DNA of 64,000 nucleotides from an uncultured Caulobacterales bacterium (lineage in GTDB: Bacteria > Pseudomonadota > Alphaproteobacteria > Caulobacterales > Maricaulaceae): positions 365,725 through 429,724 of the forward strand of contig CALLIK010000004.1 in assembly GCA_938009235.1 (NCBI GenBank). Direction: 5' to 3'. The translations under genes were made by a program, and so were the position numbers. The stretch's first letter is position 1, and each line of letters starts with the position of its first letter. This document shows positions 45,564 to 56,833 of the stretch, one piece after another. The notes beneath the pieces were generated by a model. The model did no database searches, was not told the origin of the DNA, and saw only the letters and a program-made list of their open reading frames with translations.

Positions 45564-46252
45564 CCTTCTAGGAGATGTGCGGCGGCGAAGCGTTCAGCAT
45601 CACGTTTTGATTTTCCCGTGCCTTGCGCACTCCCGATACCATCCACACTAACTTGGATGACAAATAGAGGGCGATGGTCAGGACCACTTCGTTCTTTAAT
45701 TTCGTATTTTGGTAGAGTTTGTCCCACCACCATTGCGCGTTCTTGCAATTCAGTCTTTGGGTCTTTGGCGGATTTCCGAACGACTTCAGCCAATATAGGT
45801 TGCCAAAATCTATCATAGAATTTCTTAGCTTCAACATAGCCCCCATCAAGATAAATAGCAGCAATAAGAGCTTCGCAGCCATCGCCGAGAATTGATGTTT
45901 TCTCTCGACCCCCTTGACGGTCCTCGGATGAGGATAAGAGCAGCGCGTCGCCCAAAATAACTTCCCTTGCGACTTGGGCGCAGGTTTCCTTGCGCACCAA
46001 TGCGTTCAAGCGCCGTGCAAGTGTGCCTTCAGCTTCAGATGAATAATGGTAGAGCGCTGCCGCTGTCATCAAACCTAAAACACGGTCTCCAAGAAACTCT
46101 AGACGTTCATTATCTGGAGCCGAGCGTTGGCCGTCTCCGTAAGAGCTATGCGTCATCGCTCGAACAAGTAAATCCGTATCCGTAAATGAGTAACCGATAC
46201 GATCTTCAAGACCTCGCAAACGCGGGTAACGACCTTCTCCAACTAAGCTCAT
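45551..46252 (-). CDS. rnc: Ribonuclease III
   Basis: Signature ERLEFLGDRVLGL and a C-terminal dsRBD. Confidence 0.95.
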   Translation of the reverse strand: MSLVGEGRYPRLRGLEDRIGYSFTDTDLLVRAMTHSSYGDGQRSAPDNERLEFLGDRVLGLMTAAALYHYSSEAEGTLARRLNALVRKETCAQVAREVILGDALLLSSSEDRQGGREKTSILGDGCEALIAAIYLDGGYVEAKKFYDRFWQPILAEVVRKSAKDPKTELQERAMVVGQTLPKYEIKERSGPDHRPLFVIQVSVDGIGSAQGTGKSKRDAERFAAAHLLEGWPS

Positions 46253-47013
46253 TTGATATCCTTAAACCAACGATCACTGCGCATGTTGGACCACGTCCAA
46301 GGTTTAAATATCACAAAATCATCATTCACAGACAGTAAAACGATTTCAGCCTTCCCGATAATGTTCTCTTTAGGCACCATGCCTACGCCGCCCTCATCAA
46401 AGGTTAAGCGACTGTCTAAAGAGTCATCACGGTTATCGCCCATCATGAAGTAGTAACCGGATGGGACAGGAAATGGTTTAGTATTGTCAAGGCGGTCGCC
46501 CTTCTGCAAGTTTAATACTTGATGTACGTTTCCGTTCGAGAACGTTTCAAGCTGCAACTCTCCAGTCCGAGCATTGCTATATTGATGTGTTCCGTCAATT
46601 TCGATTCCAACAGGTTTCCCATTGATATGCAATAATCCGTTCTTCATCTGAATTTGATCGCCCGGCAGTCCTATGACCCGCTTGATAAAATCTTTATCGT
46701 AACCTGCTGGACGAAAAACAATAACGTCACCACGCTCCAACTCTCGTTCAAATATACGACCTTTTCTTACAGGAAATGGAAATGGCGTCGCGGCATGACG
46801 ACCGTAACCAACGCTATATTTAGACGTGATAATATAATCGCCTTTGACCAAACCAGGCACCATAGAGCCCGAAGGAATATGGAATGGTTGAAATACAAAG
46901 GTCCTTAAAACGAAAGCAATTCCCAAAGCCCACAATATAGTAGAAATTGTTTCTCGAAAGCCGCCCTTAGCATCAGATTCGTCAGTATCCATTGTTTCAA
47001 TTACCTTGCTCAT
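46249..47013 (-). CDS. lepB: Signal peptidase I
   Basis: Catalytic Ser box PSGSMVPGL, Lys box KRVIGLPGD and GDNRDDSLDSR. Confidence 0.95.
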   Translation of the reverse strand: MSKVIETMDTDESDAKGGFRETISTILWALGIAFVLRTFVFQPFHIPSGSMVPGLVKGDYIITSKYSVGYGRHAATPFPFPVRKGRIFERELERGDVIVFRPAGYDKDFIKRVIGLPGDQIQMKNGLLHINGKPVGIEIDGTHQYSNARTGELQLETFSNGNVHQVLNLQKGDRLDNTKPFPVPSGYYFMMGDNRDDSLDSRLTFDEGGVGMVPKENIIGKAEIVLLSVNDDFVIFKPWTWSNMRSDRWFKDIK

Positions 47014-47423
47014 GACGCCTGTCTAACGCTTGGGGCAGCTTCGGCAATCGCAAATGCAGTCGCATATGGATAATCATCAGAAAGAGAGACGTGTAAATTC
47101 AACACATGGCCAGACGGACAGAGCGAAACAGACCGGGCAAGAGCATCTCCGAGTAAACTAACCACGGGGCGACCCGATGGATCATTCTGAATGGATACGG
47201 ATAACCAGCTCAAACTTCCTGTATCAGGTCCAGAAAGAGCCTTGGCGACAGCCTCTTTCGCAGCAAAGCGTTTAGCATAGCTCATGCCGGGACGGGCTTG
47301 AGCCTCGCAATAGCCCTGCTCTTCAGCCGTAAAAGTTTTGTTGAGAAACCGCTTTCCGAACTTATCTATAGATTGTTCAATTCTGCGAATATCGCAAATA
47401 TCGGTTCCCACACCTAAAATCAT
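47010..47423 (-). CDS. acpS: Holo-[acyl-carrier-protein] synthase
   Basis: [17 protein letters not shown]-terminus and FAAKEAVAKAL; 137 aa. Confidence 0.9.
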   Translation of the reverse strand: MILGVGTDICDIRRIEQSIDKFGKRFLNKTFTAEEQGYCEAQARPGMSYAKRFAAKEAVAKALSGPDTGSLSWLSVSIQNDPSGRPVVSLLGDALARSVSLCPSGHVLNLHVSLSDDYPYATAFAIAEAAPSVRQAS

Positions 47424-48175
47424 GACTCGCGACTATCCATGACAATACGGCGCATCTCGCTAATGGCGGGATCAAGGCCGAGGAATATAGCTTCACCAAT
47501 TATAAAGTGACCGATATTTAGCTCCATACATTCTGGAATATCTGCGATGCGAGACACATTTTCATAGGTGAGCCCGTGACCAAAATGAACCTCTAGACCA
47601 AGCGATGCAGCCAGTTTCGCAGATTGCGTGAACGCTTCAACATAGGCATCCGCTTTTATCTCATCCCCGTCATCCAGTGCATGCGCATAAGCTCCAGTGT
47701 GGAACTCAACGACGTCTGCACCAGATCTAGCGGCGGCTTGAATTTGAGGCTCTACCGCCTCAATGAAAAGCGAAACACGCGATCCATTGTCTTTCAATGC
47801 TCTAACGATGGGCGCTATTGTATTATGTCCAGCGGCGACATCTAAGCCGCCTTCAGTCGTCCGTTCTTCTCGGCGCTCGGGTACAATGCAAACGGCTTTA
47901 GGTTTGAGCTCTAAAGCAATTTTAAGCATCTCAGTCGTAGCTGCCATTTCCATATTCAATGGAATGTTTTCACTTTCACAAAGCAATTGCAAACGCACCA
48001 TATCTTCGTCACGCATATGGCGCCGATCTTCACGCAGATGAGCCGTGATCCCGTCTGCGCCAGCTTGTATAGCGGCGTAAGCTCCCGCGATTGGGTCTGG
48101 ATGATCTCCACCACGCGCATTACGGATAGTCGCGATATGGTCTATATTTATACCAAGTCGCGGCAGAGACTTCAT
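47420..48175 (-). CDS. pdxJ: Pyridoxine 5'-phosphate synthase
   Basis: [16 protein letters not shown] and HLREDRRH motifs. Confidence 0.95.
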   Translation of the reverse strand: MKSLPRLGINIDHIATIRNARGGDHPDPIAGAYAAIQAGADGITAHLREDRRHMRDEDMVRLQLLCESENIPLNMEMAATTEMLKIALELKPKAVCIVPERREERTTEGGLDVAAGHNTIAPIVRALKDNGSRVSLFIEAVEPQIQAAARSGADVVEFHTGAYAHALDDGDEIKADAYVEAFTQSAKLAASLGLEVHFGHGLTYENVSRIADIPECMELNIGHFIIGEAIFLGLDPAISEMRRIVMDSRES

Positions 48176-48759
48176 GAGAGTCCTCGGCTGCCTGGTTTAA
48201 TGGCAGGAATATCTACAAGTTCAGCCGGCAAATCATTCGGGTCATAATCAGGGAAGCGTTTGGCGGCCAAACTCACAAGTGGCACACCAATATCTGCTTC
48301 ACCATTCGAGCGATCAAAAATGCACGCTCCTGCAATGATATTAGCGCCTGTTTCAGCCGTGATCGCAGCGATACATTCACGCGAAGACAACCCTGTCGTG
48401 ACGATATCTTCTACCATGAGTACTCGTGCACCTGGCTTAATTGTAAACCCACGGCGTAGCGTGAACTTTCCGTCCACGCGTTCGACGAACAACGAGTCGA
48501 TACCCATGTGCCGAGCTGTTTCATATCCTGGAATAACACCGCCCATTGCAGGTGCAATAATAACATCAGGTTGAATATCCAGCGTGGCATTCACCTTCTC
48601 AGCTAAGGCCTTACAGACCTTTTCCGTTAAACGCGGATTTTGAAATATCAGTGCCTTTTGAAGGAAAACTGAACTCCTTCTGCCTGAAGACAGGATGAAG
48701 TGTCCCTCAAGTAAAGCTCCCGCTTCACGAAAAACATCTAGAACATCATCAGTATTCAT
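48172..48759 (-). CDS. pyrE: Orotate phosphoribosyltransferase
   Basis: 195 aa with the PRPP-binding loop [13 protein letters not shown] and the N-terminal [11 protein letters not shown] pattern. Confidence 0.9.
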   Translation of the reverse strand: MNTDDVLDVFREAGALLEGHFILSSGRRSSVFLQKALIFQNPRLTEKVCKALAEKVNATLDIQPDVIIAPAMGGVIPGYETARHMGIDSLFVERVDGKFTLRRGFTIKPGARVLMVEDIVTTGLSSRECIAAITAETGANIIAGACIFDRSNGEADIGVPLVSLAAKRFPDYDPNDLPAELVDIPAIKPGSRGLS

Positions 48760-48762
48760 GGA

Positions 48763-50997
48763 TCAAGCTTTCAGGTGATTAGGTAGCGCACGGCTACGGT
48801 TGACTTTGACTACATATGCAGAGGCACGCAATGCAGCAATAATAGACATCAGGTGACGGTTATCCCTAACTTCAATATCTATAATCATATCGAAAAAAGT
48901 TGGGCTTCGTATAACTGTTTTAATATTCATAAGATTGCCATTTGAATCCCCAATAATCTTAGTCACATCCGCAAGTGCGCCCGGAATATGCTGCACTGTC
49001 AAAACCATTCTACCCGTCGACGCGGTTTGGTTAGCCGCCCGACGCCACCCAAGATCAATCCAGCTTTCAAGAGAATCCTCTTTAGCCGCAAGTTCGTCGC
49101 AATCTATAGTGTGAATGTCGATGCCGCGTCCTGCTTCTTGTAAACCTATTATCCGGTCGCCAAGTATAGGTGAACAACAGGGGGCAAGGTGTAAACCATG
49201 CCCTGGGTTCAAGCCATCGCCTTTAACGTAAAGACCAACACTGTCATCATCAATCAGGTCAAAATCTTGAACGTCGCCTTCTTCTTGAACGTCAGCACGT
49301 CCAGGAAAAACGGCTTCGACAAATTGATTCATAGACAGCTCGCCTCGCCCTAAAGTCTCGAACAATGTGTCTTCATCTGAAATCTTTAAGCGTTTCAAAG
49401 AATCCGTCAGCACAACATCATCTATAGATATGCCATTACGCCTGAAGGCGTGTAGAGCCAATGTTTCTCCGATACGACGAAACTCTTCAGACTCACCCGT
49501 ACGCGTTAAACGTCTTAATGCCTGTCTGGCTCTCCCCGTAACGGCTATACTTTCCCAACCAATTTGGGGTTCAGGTGCGCCGCCGCGAATAACCTTTATG
49601 ACATCACCATTTTCGAGCTGTGTTCGAAGCGGCACATCACGTCCATTTACGATGGCCCCAATGCAAGTGTCACCAACTTTAGTATGTACGGCATAGGCAA
49701 AATCGATTGGAGATGCACCGCGTGGCAATGCAATCAAATCACCTTTGGGCGTAAAGGTAAAAACTTGATCCGTGAACATTTCTAATTTCACATTGTCTAA
49801 GAATTCATCAGCATCACCACTGTGTTCCATCATCTCTACAAGAGGGCGGATACGGCGCAATGGATCGCCCCCTGAAGCATTGGCTCTAACTGGGTCGTAG
49901 GCATAGCTTTCATCTTTATACGCCCAATGCGCCGCTACACCGCGAATGGCAACATCCTCCATCCTTTCGGTCCGTATTTGAACCTCTACACGGCGGTTTT
50001 CAGATGTCTGAATTGTCGTATGTAAAGATTGATAACCGTTGGGCTTTGGTACGGAAATAAAATCACGAAAGCGAGCAGGCATCGCCCGGAACTCTCCGTG
50101 AAGTATGCCTAATACCTGATAACAAGTTTCCCTATTTTTGACGATTACACGAAAGGCATAAATATCAGCAACATCATCAAAGCTAATATTTTGACGTTGG
50201 AGCTTTCTCCAAATCGCATAAGCGCGCTTTTCACGCCCATAAACACGAACGCCCTCGACACCAGCTTTGCTTAATGTGTCCTTCAACGCTGTAAACACCT
50301 GACTGATGGCCTCATCTTGTGACGTACGCCAAACAACAAGGCGCTTTTCAATACTTTCAAAAGCGGCTGGATTAATATGACAAAATGATAAATCTTCAAG
50401 TTCCGAGCAAATTTTATCCACGCCGATACGTCTGGCTAATGGCGCAAATATTTCTAGCGTTTCGCGAGCGATCCGCTCACGAGAACTCTGCTTTGGATGA
50501 TGCTCAAGGGTTCGCATATTATGCAAACGATCGCAGATCTTTACGAGTAAAACTCGAACGTCCTTAGATACCGCCAAAATGAATTTTTGAAAATTCTCGG
50601 CTTGGGCGCTTTCGCGAGATAGGTTTGGACGAGACATCTCGACCTGGCCTAGTTTCGTTACACCGTCCACCAACTCAGCGATCTCAGGCGTAAACTCCTG
50701 CGCGAGTTCTTCTACTGTCGCATCTGTATCTTCCAAAACATCATGTAAAAGCGCTGTGCATATTGTTGCTACATCAAGATGCAAAGACGCGACAATGCCA
50801 GCAACCTCAATTGGGTGCGCGTAATATGGGTCACCAGAATGTCGGAGTTGTTTCCCATGCGCCTGCACGGAGTAAACATAGGCTTTGTTTAACAGTGCTT
50901 CATCTGCAGATGGGTCGTATTTTTTTACAAGCTCAACCAGCTCATACTGACGCAAAAAGCGCAATGGCTTTTTGGCGGGGGATATTTCAACAGTCAT
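48763..50997 (-). CDS. spoT: Bifunctional (p)ppGpp synthetase/hydrolase (RelA/SpoT homolog)
   Basis: HD hydrolase domain (HPIEVA...HDVLEDT), a RelA_SpoT synthetase domain, and TGS and ACT regions. The start was chosen at MTVEISPAKKPLRFLRQYEL (50997). Confidence 0.95.
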   Translation of the reverse strand: MTVEISPAKKPLRFLRQYELVELVKKYDPSADEALLNKAYVYSVQAHGKQLRHSGDPYYAHPIEVAGIVASLHLDVATICTALLHDVLEDTDATVEELAQEFTPEIAELVDGVTKLGQVEMSRPNLSRESAQAENFQKFILAVSKDVRVLLVKICDRLHNMRTLEHHPKQSSRERIARETLEIFAPLARRIGVDKICSELEDLSFCHINPAAFESIEKRLVVWRTSQDEAISQVFTALKDTLSKAGVEGVRVYGREKRAYAIWRKLQRQNISFDDVADIYAFRVIVKNRETCYQVLGILHGEFRAMPARFRDFISVPKPNGYQSLHTTIQTSENRRVEVQIRTERMEDVAIRGVAAHWAYKDESYAYDPVRANASGGDPLRRIRPLVEMMEHSGDADEFLDNVKLEMFTDQVFTFTPKGDLIALPRGASPIDFAYAVHTKVGDTCIGAIVNGRDVPLRTQLENGDVIKVIRGGAPEPQIGWESIAVTGRARQALRRLTRTGESEEFRRIGETLALHAFRRNGISIDDVVLTDSLKRLKISDEDTLFETLGRGELSMNQFVEAVFPGRADVQEEGDVQDFDLIDDDSVGLYVKGDGLNPGHGLHLAPCCSPILGDRIIGLQEAGRGIDIHTIDCDELAAKEDSLESWIDLGWRRAANQTASTGRMVLTVQHIPGALADVTKIIGDSNGNLMNIKTVIRSPTFFDMIIDIEVRDNRHLMSIIAALRASAYVVKVNRSRALPNHLKA

Positions 50998-51089
50998 ATT
51001 CACTATAAAATCTATAGGCCTAGCCGCCACAAACAACCAACAAAAAAGCCGCCTCAAAGGGCGGCAATTTCATCATATTTTAGTGCGAT

Positions 51090-51470
51090 CTAAAAGCGCG
51101 AAGAACTATCGTTGTCGCGATCACCTTGAAGGGCACGCAAGACATCTGCCTCGGACATTTCAGCTTTTGGTTCAGCGTCGCCATGACCAAGCGCCAATAC
51201 AGGCGCGTCTTCTTGCTCATCAGGTAGATCATCGTCTTGAATAACGCGCTGCAAGCCGACAACAAGTGACTCACGAAGGTCGTTCAACACAAGTGTTTCC
51301 TCTGCAAGTTCTCTCAATGAAACAACTGGGGTTTTATCGTTGTCGCGCTCAATCGTAAGCGGTGAACCCGCAGCAATATTACGTGAACGATGTGATGCAA
51401 GAAGCACAAGATCGAAACGGTTAGGTACTTTTTCGATGCAGTCTTCTACGGTAACGCGTGCCATGTTCAC
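51090..51470 (-). CDS. rpoZ: DNA-directed RNA polymerase subunit omega
   Basis: [28 protein letters not shown]. It lies upstream of spoT, as is usual. Confidence 0.9.
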   Translation of the reverse strand: MNMARVTVEDCIEKVPNRFDLVLLASHRSRNIAAGSPLTIERDNDKTPVVSLRELAEETLVLNDLRESLVVGLQRVIQDDDLPDEQEDAPVLALGHGDAEPKAEMSEADVLRALQGDRDNDSSSRF

Positions 51471-51551
51471 TCCAATACAAAAAGGCCGTTACGAGACGAC
51501 CTAAGTTCTGGAGGCGCTTCTAATCACAAATATCAATTCAATCAACCGTAA

Positions 51552-52022
51552 TTACCACTGTCCGACATAGCGCGTCGCTCGTATCTCAACATCAGGCAAA
51601 GCTTCCACATATTGCAGCCATTTTTCGTCTATTTCACACGCCGGTATCATTACAAAGCCCCGATCTAGCATACGAGGGTGTGGCAAAGTCAGAGCCTCCG
51701 TATCGCGGGTCACCTGACCAAAGATCAAAAGGTCCAAGTCAAGTGTACGCGCCGCATTTGCAACGGTTCTTTTACGGCCAAGGGCGGTTTCTATTGCGAG
51801 CATCTGCCTCAAAAGCGCTTCAGGCTCACCGTCGAAATAGCCAGCCACGACAGCGTTCAGGTAATCGGGTGTATCAGATCCTGCAGGCCATGCAGGAGAT
51901 TGCCAAAGGCCTGATTTTTGCCGCAGGCTAAACCCACTTTCGCAAAGCATAACTAAAGCGAGTTGAAAGTTAACTTTAGGGTTGGATAGATTTCCACCAA
52001 ATGCGATAAGACACTCAGACAT
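51552..52022 (-). CDS. folK: 2-amino-4-hydroxy-6-hydroxymethyldihydropteridine diphosphokinase
   Basis: 156 aa with the pattern IAFGGNL...RTLDLDLL...LTLPHPRM typical of HPPK. Confidence 0.9.
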   Translation of the reverse strand: MSECLIAFGGNLSNPKVNFQLALVMLCESGFSLRQKSGLWQSPAWPAGSDTPDYLNAVVAGYFDGEPEALLRQMLAIETALGRKRTVANAARTLDLDLLIFGQVTRDTEALTLPHPRMLDRGFVMIPACEIDEKWLQYVEALPDVEIRATRYVGQW

Positions 52023-52056
52023 ATTTTTAAACTATTTCTACACAGAGTTTCATTGA

Positions 52057-52614
52057 ATGGCCTTTTATCCAGATGAGCGTATAGCGATCTTCGTTGACGG
52101 CGCAAACTTCCACTCTACTAGCAAGTCTTTAGATTTTGACATTGATTACAAGCGCATGCTTGAGCTTTTTAAGGGAAAAGGCCGTCTGATCTGTGCGAAT
52201 TACTACACTGCGCTTCTTGAAAACGCTGATTTTTCACCGATAAGGCCTTTAATCGACTGGCTCGATTACAATGGCTACAACGTCATTACAAAGCCTGCAA
52301 AAACCTACATAGACCGCGAAGGTCGTAGCCGCACGAAGGGCAACATGGACATTGAAATGGTCGTGGACATGCTTGGAATGGCGGAACATGTAGACCACAT
52401 GATACTCTGCACTGGCGATGGCGACTTCCGCGCCGCAGTGAAAGCGGTTCAAAGCCAAGGCACACGGGTTTCCGTTGTCTCGTCAATGAAAACGCGGCCC
52501 GCTATGCTATCTGATGATTTACGCCGACAAGCCAATGCCGTCATAGAAGTCGCAGACATGGAAAACCTAATCGGGCGCCCTCGCCGTGAATATGCGGACC
52601 ATGATGATGACTGA
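52057..52614 (+). CDS. NYN-domain (LabA/DUF88-like) protein, predicted RNase fold
   Basis: IAIFVDGANF, GNMDIEMVVDM and ILCTGDGDFRAAVKAVQSQG match the acidic-residue pattern of PIN-like NYN domains. Confidence 0.85.
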   Translation: MAFYPDERIAIFVDGANFHSTSKSLDFDIDYKRMLELFKGKGRLICANYYTALLENADFSPIRPLIDWLDYNGYNVITKPAKTYIDREGRSRTKGNMDIEMVVDMLGMAEHVDHMILCTGDGDFRAAVKAVQSQGTRVSVVSSMKTRPAMLSDDLRRQANAVIEVADMENLIGRPRREYADHDDD

Positions 52615-53248
52615 TGTAAACGCCCCATATAGCTGCCAAAAGTGCCCACGACTCGCAGGTTTTCTGGATGAACAACGCATAGCTCTTCCTGATTATTTTA
52701 ACGGGCCTGTGCCAAACTTTTACGCACCTGATCCAAAATTACTAATTGTTGGTCTCGCGCCAGGGCTGCACGGCGCAAATCAGACAGGGCGTCCATTCAC
52801 AGGTGATGCTGCGGGAGATCTTCTATATATGGCCTTAGATAAGTTCGGCTTTTCCACAGGGTCATACGACAAACATGCGGATGACGGCCTCAAGCTCAAA
52901 GACGCAATGATTACCAATGTCGTCCGTTGCGTGCCGCCACAAAACAAGCCTGTTGCAGCAGAAATCAACATGTGTCGAGATAGCTACCACGCACCTCAGC
53001 TTGAAGCCCTACCAAAACTCAAGGTTATGCTATGCCTTGGAAAGATTAGTCATGACAGTACTCTGCGCGCATTAGGCATGAGATTGGCGACTTATAAATT
53101 TGGTCACGGCACTGAATATGAAGACCCTGTAGGGCGCACAATTCTGTCTAGCTATCATTGCTCTCGATATAATACGAATACCAAGCGCCTGACCGAAAAG
53201 ATGTTCTTCGACATTTTCGCGCGCGCACGTGAGCTGTGCGACGCTTAG
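52586..53248 (+). CDS. Uracil-DNA glycosylase, family 5 (UDGb)-like
   Basis: Motif [29 protein letters not shown] (GLAPxxHGxNxTGRxFTGD) and the motif-B region SSYHCSRYN. The start is uncertain: candidates run from 52586 to 52607, and the last overlaps the NYN gene stop. Confidence 0.85.
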   Translation: MNMRTMMMTDVNAPYSCQKCPRLAGFLDEQRIALPDYFNGPVPNFYAPDPKLLIVGLAPGLHGANQTGRPFTGDAAGDLLYMALDKFGFSTGSYDKHADDGLKLKDAMITNVVRCVPPQNKPVAAEINMCRDSYHAPQLEALPKLKVMLCLGKISHDSTLRALGMRLATYKFGHGTEYEDPVGRTILSSYHCSRYNTNTKRLTEKMFFDIFARARELCDA

Positions 53249-53739
53249 CCTTTTTCGCGCATCAATCGCGCTTTTTGCTTCTGCCAATCGCGTTTCTTTT
53301 CAGTGTCGCGTTTGTCATAATTCTGCTTACCAGTAGCCGTTGCGAGAAGAAGCTTAGCTATTCCCTTCTCGTTAAAGTACATTTTTAACGCTACAATTGT
53401 GCGGCCCTTACGCTGCGTATCACCTAGCAATTGGTTTATTTGCTTGCGTTTAAGTAAAAGCTTCCGTGGCCGCGTCGGTAAATGATTAAACTGACTGGCC
53501 GGAGCGTAGATCGGGATATTGGCATTGATCAACCATGCTTCGTTGTTTTCAACGGCAACGTAACTCTCGGCGATATTAGCTTGGCCTAACCTCAGTGCTT
53601 TCACCTCAGTACCAACAAGAAGCATTCCAGCTTCTACCGTATCCTCTACGGCATAGTCGTAACGCGCCTTGCGGTTTTCCGCTAGTGTGGTGTCCGTTGA
53701 CCCAGCCTTCTTCTTTCGACCACCCGCCTTACTCGACAT
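53245..53739 (-). CDS. smpB: SsrA-binding protein
   Basis: 164 aa with [17 protein letters not shown] and a basic C-terminal tail. Confidence 0.95.
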   Translation of the reverse strand: MSSKAGGRKKKAGSTDTTLAENRKARYDYAVEDTVEAGMLLVGTEVKALRLGQANIAESYVAVENNEAWLINANIPIYAPASQFNHLPTRPRKLLLKRKQINQLLGDTQRKGRTIVALKMYFNEKGIAKLLLATATGKQNYDKRDTEKKRDWQKQKARLMREKG

Positions 53740-53740
53740 A

Positions 53741-54616
53741 TCAGTACTTTACGCCAGCCTGAGCCATAGCTGCTCGCACGATCTCTTTGGTCGACTCACG
53801 ACATTCGGTTATTGGCAAACGCACATTTGGCTCCATTTTCCCCATCAGCGACAAGGCATATTTTGCAGGGCCAGGACTTGGGTCAACGAAAAGGTCTTTA
53901 TGAAGTCTATCTAAGACAGCATTGATAGCTCTCGCCTCAACATAATTTCCCGCCAAAAGAGCATTATGGAAATTCGCATAAGCTTCTGGAGCAATATTTG
54001 ATCCGACTGAAATCGTGCCGCTACCGCCATGAGCGCTGTGCCCTAGTGTAGTTGGGTCATCACCTGAAAGCTGAATAAAGTCTTCGCCACACCTTACAGT
54101 GAGTCCAGCAACGCGTGAAATATCACCCGTTGCATCTTTGCATCCGATCACAGTTGGGAGCTTTGACAAACGCTCCATCGTGTCTTGTTCAATGTCCACA
54201 ACACTTCTGCCTGGAATGTTGTATACAACGATGGGTATATCGACTGCTTCAGATATCGCTTTAAAATGCTGAAAAATGCCTTCTTGTGAAGGCTTGTTGT
54301 AATAAGGTGTAACAACAAGAGCCGCATCAGCTCCCATAGCTTTCGCATGTTGAGCGTATTTTATTGATACGCGAGTCTCATTCGACCCAGCACCTGCGAT
54401 AACAGGCACCCGATCATTTGCAACTTCGGACGTCAAACGAATAACCCGTTGATGTTCTTCATCAGTTAAAGTCGCGCTTTCTCCCGTTGTTCCGCACGGC
54501 ACTAGTCCATGCGTTCCTGACGCGATTTGCCATTCGACAAAATCCTGAAACGCCTGTTCATCTATTCGATCATCCTTGAACGGCGTCACGAGAGCTGTAA
54601 TCGACCCTTTTATCAT
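53741..54616 (-). CDS. dapA: 4-hydroxy-tetrahydrodipicolinate synthase
   Basis: [17 protein letters not shown] and YNIPGRS motifs; 291 aa. Confidence 0.95.
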   Translation of the reverse strand: MIKGSITALVTPFKDDRIDEQAFQDFVEWQIASGTHGLVPCGTTGESATLTDEEHQRVIRLTSEVANDRVPVIAGAGSNETRVSIKYAQHAKAMGADAALVVTPYYNKPSQEGIFQHFKAISEAVDIPIVVYNIPGRSVVDIEQDTMERLSKLPTVIGCKDATGDISRVAGLTVRCGEDFIQLSGDDPTTLGHSAHGGSGTISVGSNIAPEAYANFHNALLAGNYVEARAINAVLDRLHKDLFVDPSPGPAKYALSLMGKMEPNVRLPITECRESTKEIVRAAMAQAGVKY

Positions 54617-54735
54617 GTTTGTCTTTCGTTATGCGGTTATATAGGCCCGTATCATTTGTGGCCTGATAGCGTCGATGTGGACTTGGATTCAAGATATCGT
54701 TTCGAGCAGTTACACTACTTGATGGAAGAAAGTAT

Positions 54736-56805
54736 ATGTGGGTTAACGGTGAGACTGAAACGAGGCTTAAATTTGGCCTAAAATCGACCATTATTTCATT
54801 TTTCTGTGTTTTGTTTACGGCGACTGCGGCCTTTGCTGTGACACCTACGCCTCGTCTGAAGCCAACCCCTCCGCCTATGTCAGCGTTTCTAAGCGAATCT
54901 GATGCAAAAATATTCCGTAAGGGCTTAAGTGCTTCCAAGGCTCAACGCTGGACTGACCTGAACAAAGCCACTCTTTCGGTCAGCGACCCCGTTGCCAAAG
55001 ACACACTGAGATGGCTCAGAGCCACGAGGGACAGAAATGCGCCCATAGACACCCTGACATATGTTCATAAAAATATGACAGACTGGCCACGTATGACGAC
55101 CGTCCGCGCTGAGGCGGAACGAAGAATGTACGATAAGAACTGGACGACGCAGCAGGTGTTCAACTGGTTTGTTGGCACGGAGCCTGTCTCAGGTGAAGGT
55201 CGCGCAGCGCTTGCGCACGCCTATTTCGATCGCGGTGATGATGTCAGCGGCGAAAAATATATGCGTTTAGCGTGGCGTGAAAGTAAACTTACACGCGACC
55301 GTCAGAAAAAAATGTTCGCTCAGAATAGGAAAAAACTCACCAAGAGCGATCATGCCGCACGTGCAGACCACCTTATTTGGTCTGGATCACGACATTACGA
55401 CAAAGCCCGCGCCCTTCTTTCTCATATGAGCAAAGACGACAGAGCCGTAATGAACGCTCGCATGAAGTTAAACAGAAATGCCTCTGGAATGGATGCGGCC
55501 CTAAGGCTCGTCCCAGAAAACAAGTTAACTGACCCAGGTCTTCTCTATGAGCGCGCGCGTTGGAGAAGAAAGAGAAAAACCAAGACCTACGCCCTCCCTG
55601 TTTACATGACCGCTAGGACGGCCCCTACATCGGACCTTGGGAAAAAAGCCGTCTGGCGCGAGAAAAAGATAATGGCCTATTGGGCTATATCAGAAAAAAA
55701 AATGAAAGAGGCTTATCAGCTTAGTTTGCACCATGGCTTTGAGCGTGGAACTGAATTCGCAGAAGCTGAGTTTTTAGCTGGCTGGTTGGCGTTAACTGAA
55801 ATGCATGAGCCTGACCGTGCTCTACGGCATTTCACACGCCTTCGCGATGGTGTCGGCTCCCCTATCTCGCTCTCCCGCGCGCATTACTGGGTCGGAAGAG
55901 CTCATGAAGCTCAACAGGATGGTCAACAGATCGAGCATTACCGCCAGGCCGCTCAGTACCCGAATACATACTATGGAATGCTAGCGGGATTAGAGGCTGA
56001 AGGCGCAGAGCATCGTGTGGCTTTGCCGCCAGAGTTTATTGCCGCTCAAGCCAAGGCAGAGTTTGCAATCGATAACCGTGTCCGCGCGTTGCATCTTTTG
56101 GGTGAAGCCGGTGAACAGACTTATTTTTCTCAGATAGCTTTCTACTTAGACGACCAAGTTGATAGTCTTTCCAAGCTCTCTCTTATCTCGGAGCTAGCTG
56201 CAGATTATGGATTCATGCGTCCTTCACTTAGGGCGGCTAAACAATCAGGACGGTTCCAGTCTATGCTTACGGAAAGCGGTTATCCAACGGTGAGTGCTAT
56301 TGATGCCTTACCAAAGAACAAGTTTGAACACCCATTTGTTTACGCCATAGCACGTCAAGAAAGTGAATTTGCTACGAATGCCGTCAGTTCCGCGAAAGCC
56401 TTCGGTATGATGCAAATGATCAACTCAACAGCAAAAGCGACGGCGCGCAAACATCGCATTCCTTATGACGTCAACAAATTGGCATCAGATGGAGATTACG
56501 CTGCAAAAATGGGCGCACTACATTTAAACGACCTTTTGGATCGATGGGATGGGTCCTATATTTTGGCCGCAGTGAGTTACAACGCTGGACCACACCGAGC
56601 CAAACAATGGATTAAAAAATACGGCGATCCTCGTAGCGGCGAAATTGACGCTATCGATTGGGTTGAAAAAATTCCGTTTTCCGAGACTCGTAATTACGTG
56701 ATGCGCGTCATGGAGAACATGCAGGTTTACCGCGCAAGGCTAAATAACGATAATATTAAGAACCAGCTTGAACGCGATTTACGAACTGGCCAACAAGCTT
56801 ATTAA
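54736..56805 (+). CDS. slt: Soluble lytic murein transglycosylase (Slt70-like)
   Basis: A signal peptide, a long helical superhelix region, and a C-terminal SLT domain with ARQESEF, GMMQM and SYNAGP. Confidence 0.9.
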   Translation: MWVNGETETRLKFGLKSTIISFFCVLFTATAAFAVTPTPRLKPTPPPMSAFLSESDAKIFRKGLSASKAQRWTDLNKATLSVSDPVAKDTLRWLRATRDRNAPIDTLTYVHKNMTDWPRMTTVRAEAERRMYDKNWTTQQVFNWFVGTEPVSGEGRAALAHAYFDRGDDVSGEKYMRLAWRESKLTRDRQKKMFAQNRKKLTKSDHAARADHLIWSGSRHYDKARALLSHMSKDDRAVMNARMKLNRNASGMDAALRLVPENKLTDPGLLYERARWRRKRKTKTYALPVYMTARTAPTSDLGKKAVWREKKIMAYWAISEKKMKEAYQLSLHHGFERGTEFAEAEFLAGWLALTEMHEPDRALRHFTRLRDGVGSPISLSRAHYWVGRAHEAQQDGQQIEHYRQAAQYPNTYYGMLAGLEAEGAEHRVALPPEFIAAQAKAEFAIDNRVRALHLLGEAGEQTYFSQIAFYLDDQVDSLSKLSLISELAADYGFMRPSLRAAKQSGRFQSMLTESGYPTVSAIDALPKNKFEHPFVYAIARQESEFATNAVSSAKAFGMMQMINSTAKATARKHRIPYDVNKLASDGDYAAKMGALHLNDLLDRWDGSYILAAVSYNAGPHRAKQWIKKYGDPRSGEIDAIDWVEKIPFSETRNYVMRVMENMQVYRARLNNDNIKNQLERDLRTGQQAY

Positions 56806-56833
56806 GGCCGCACGGTTTATGTTGAGAACATGA

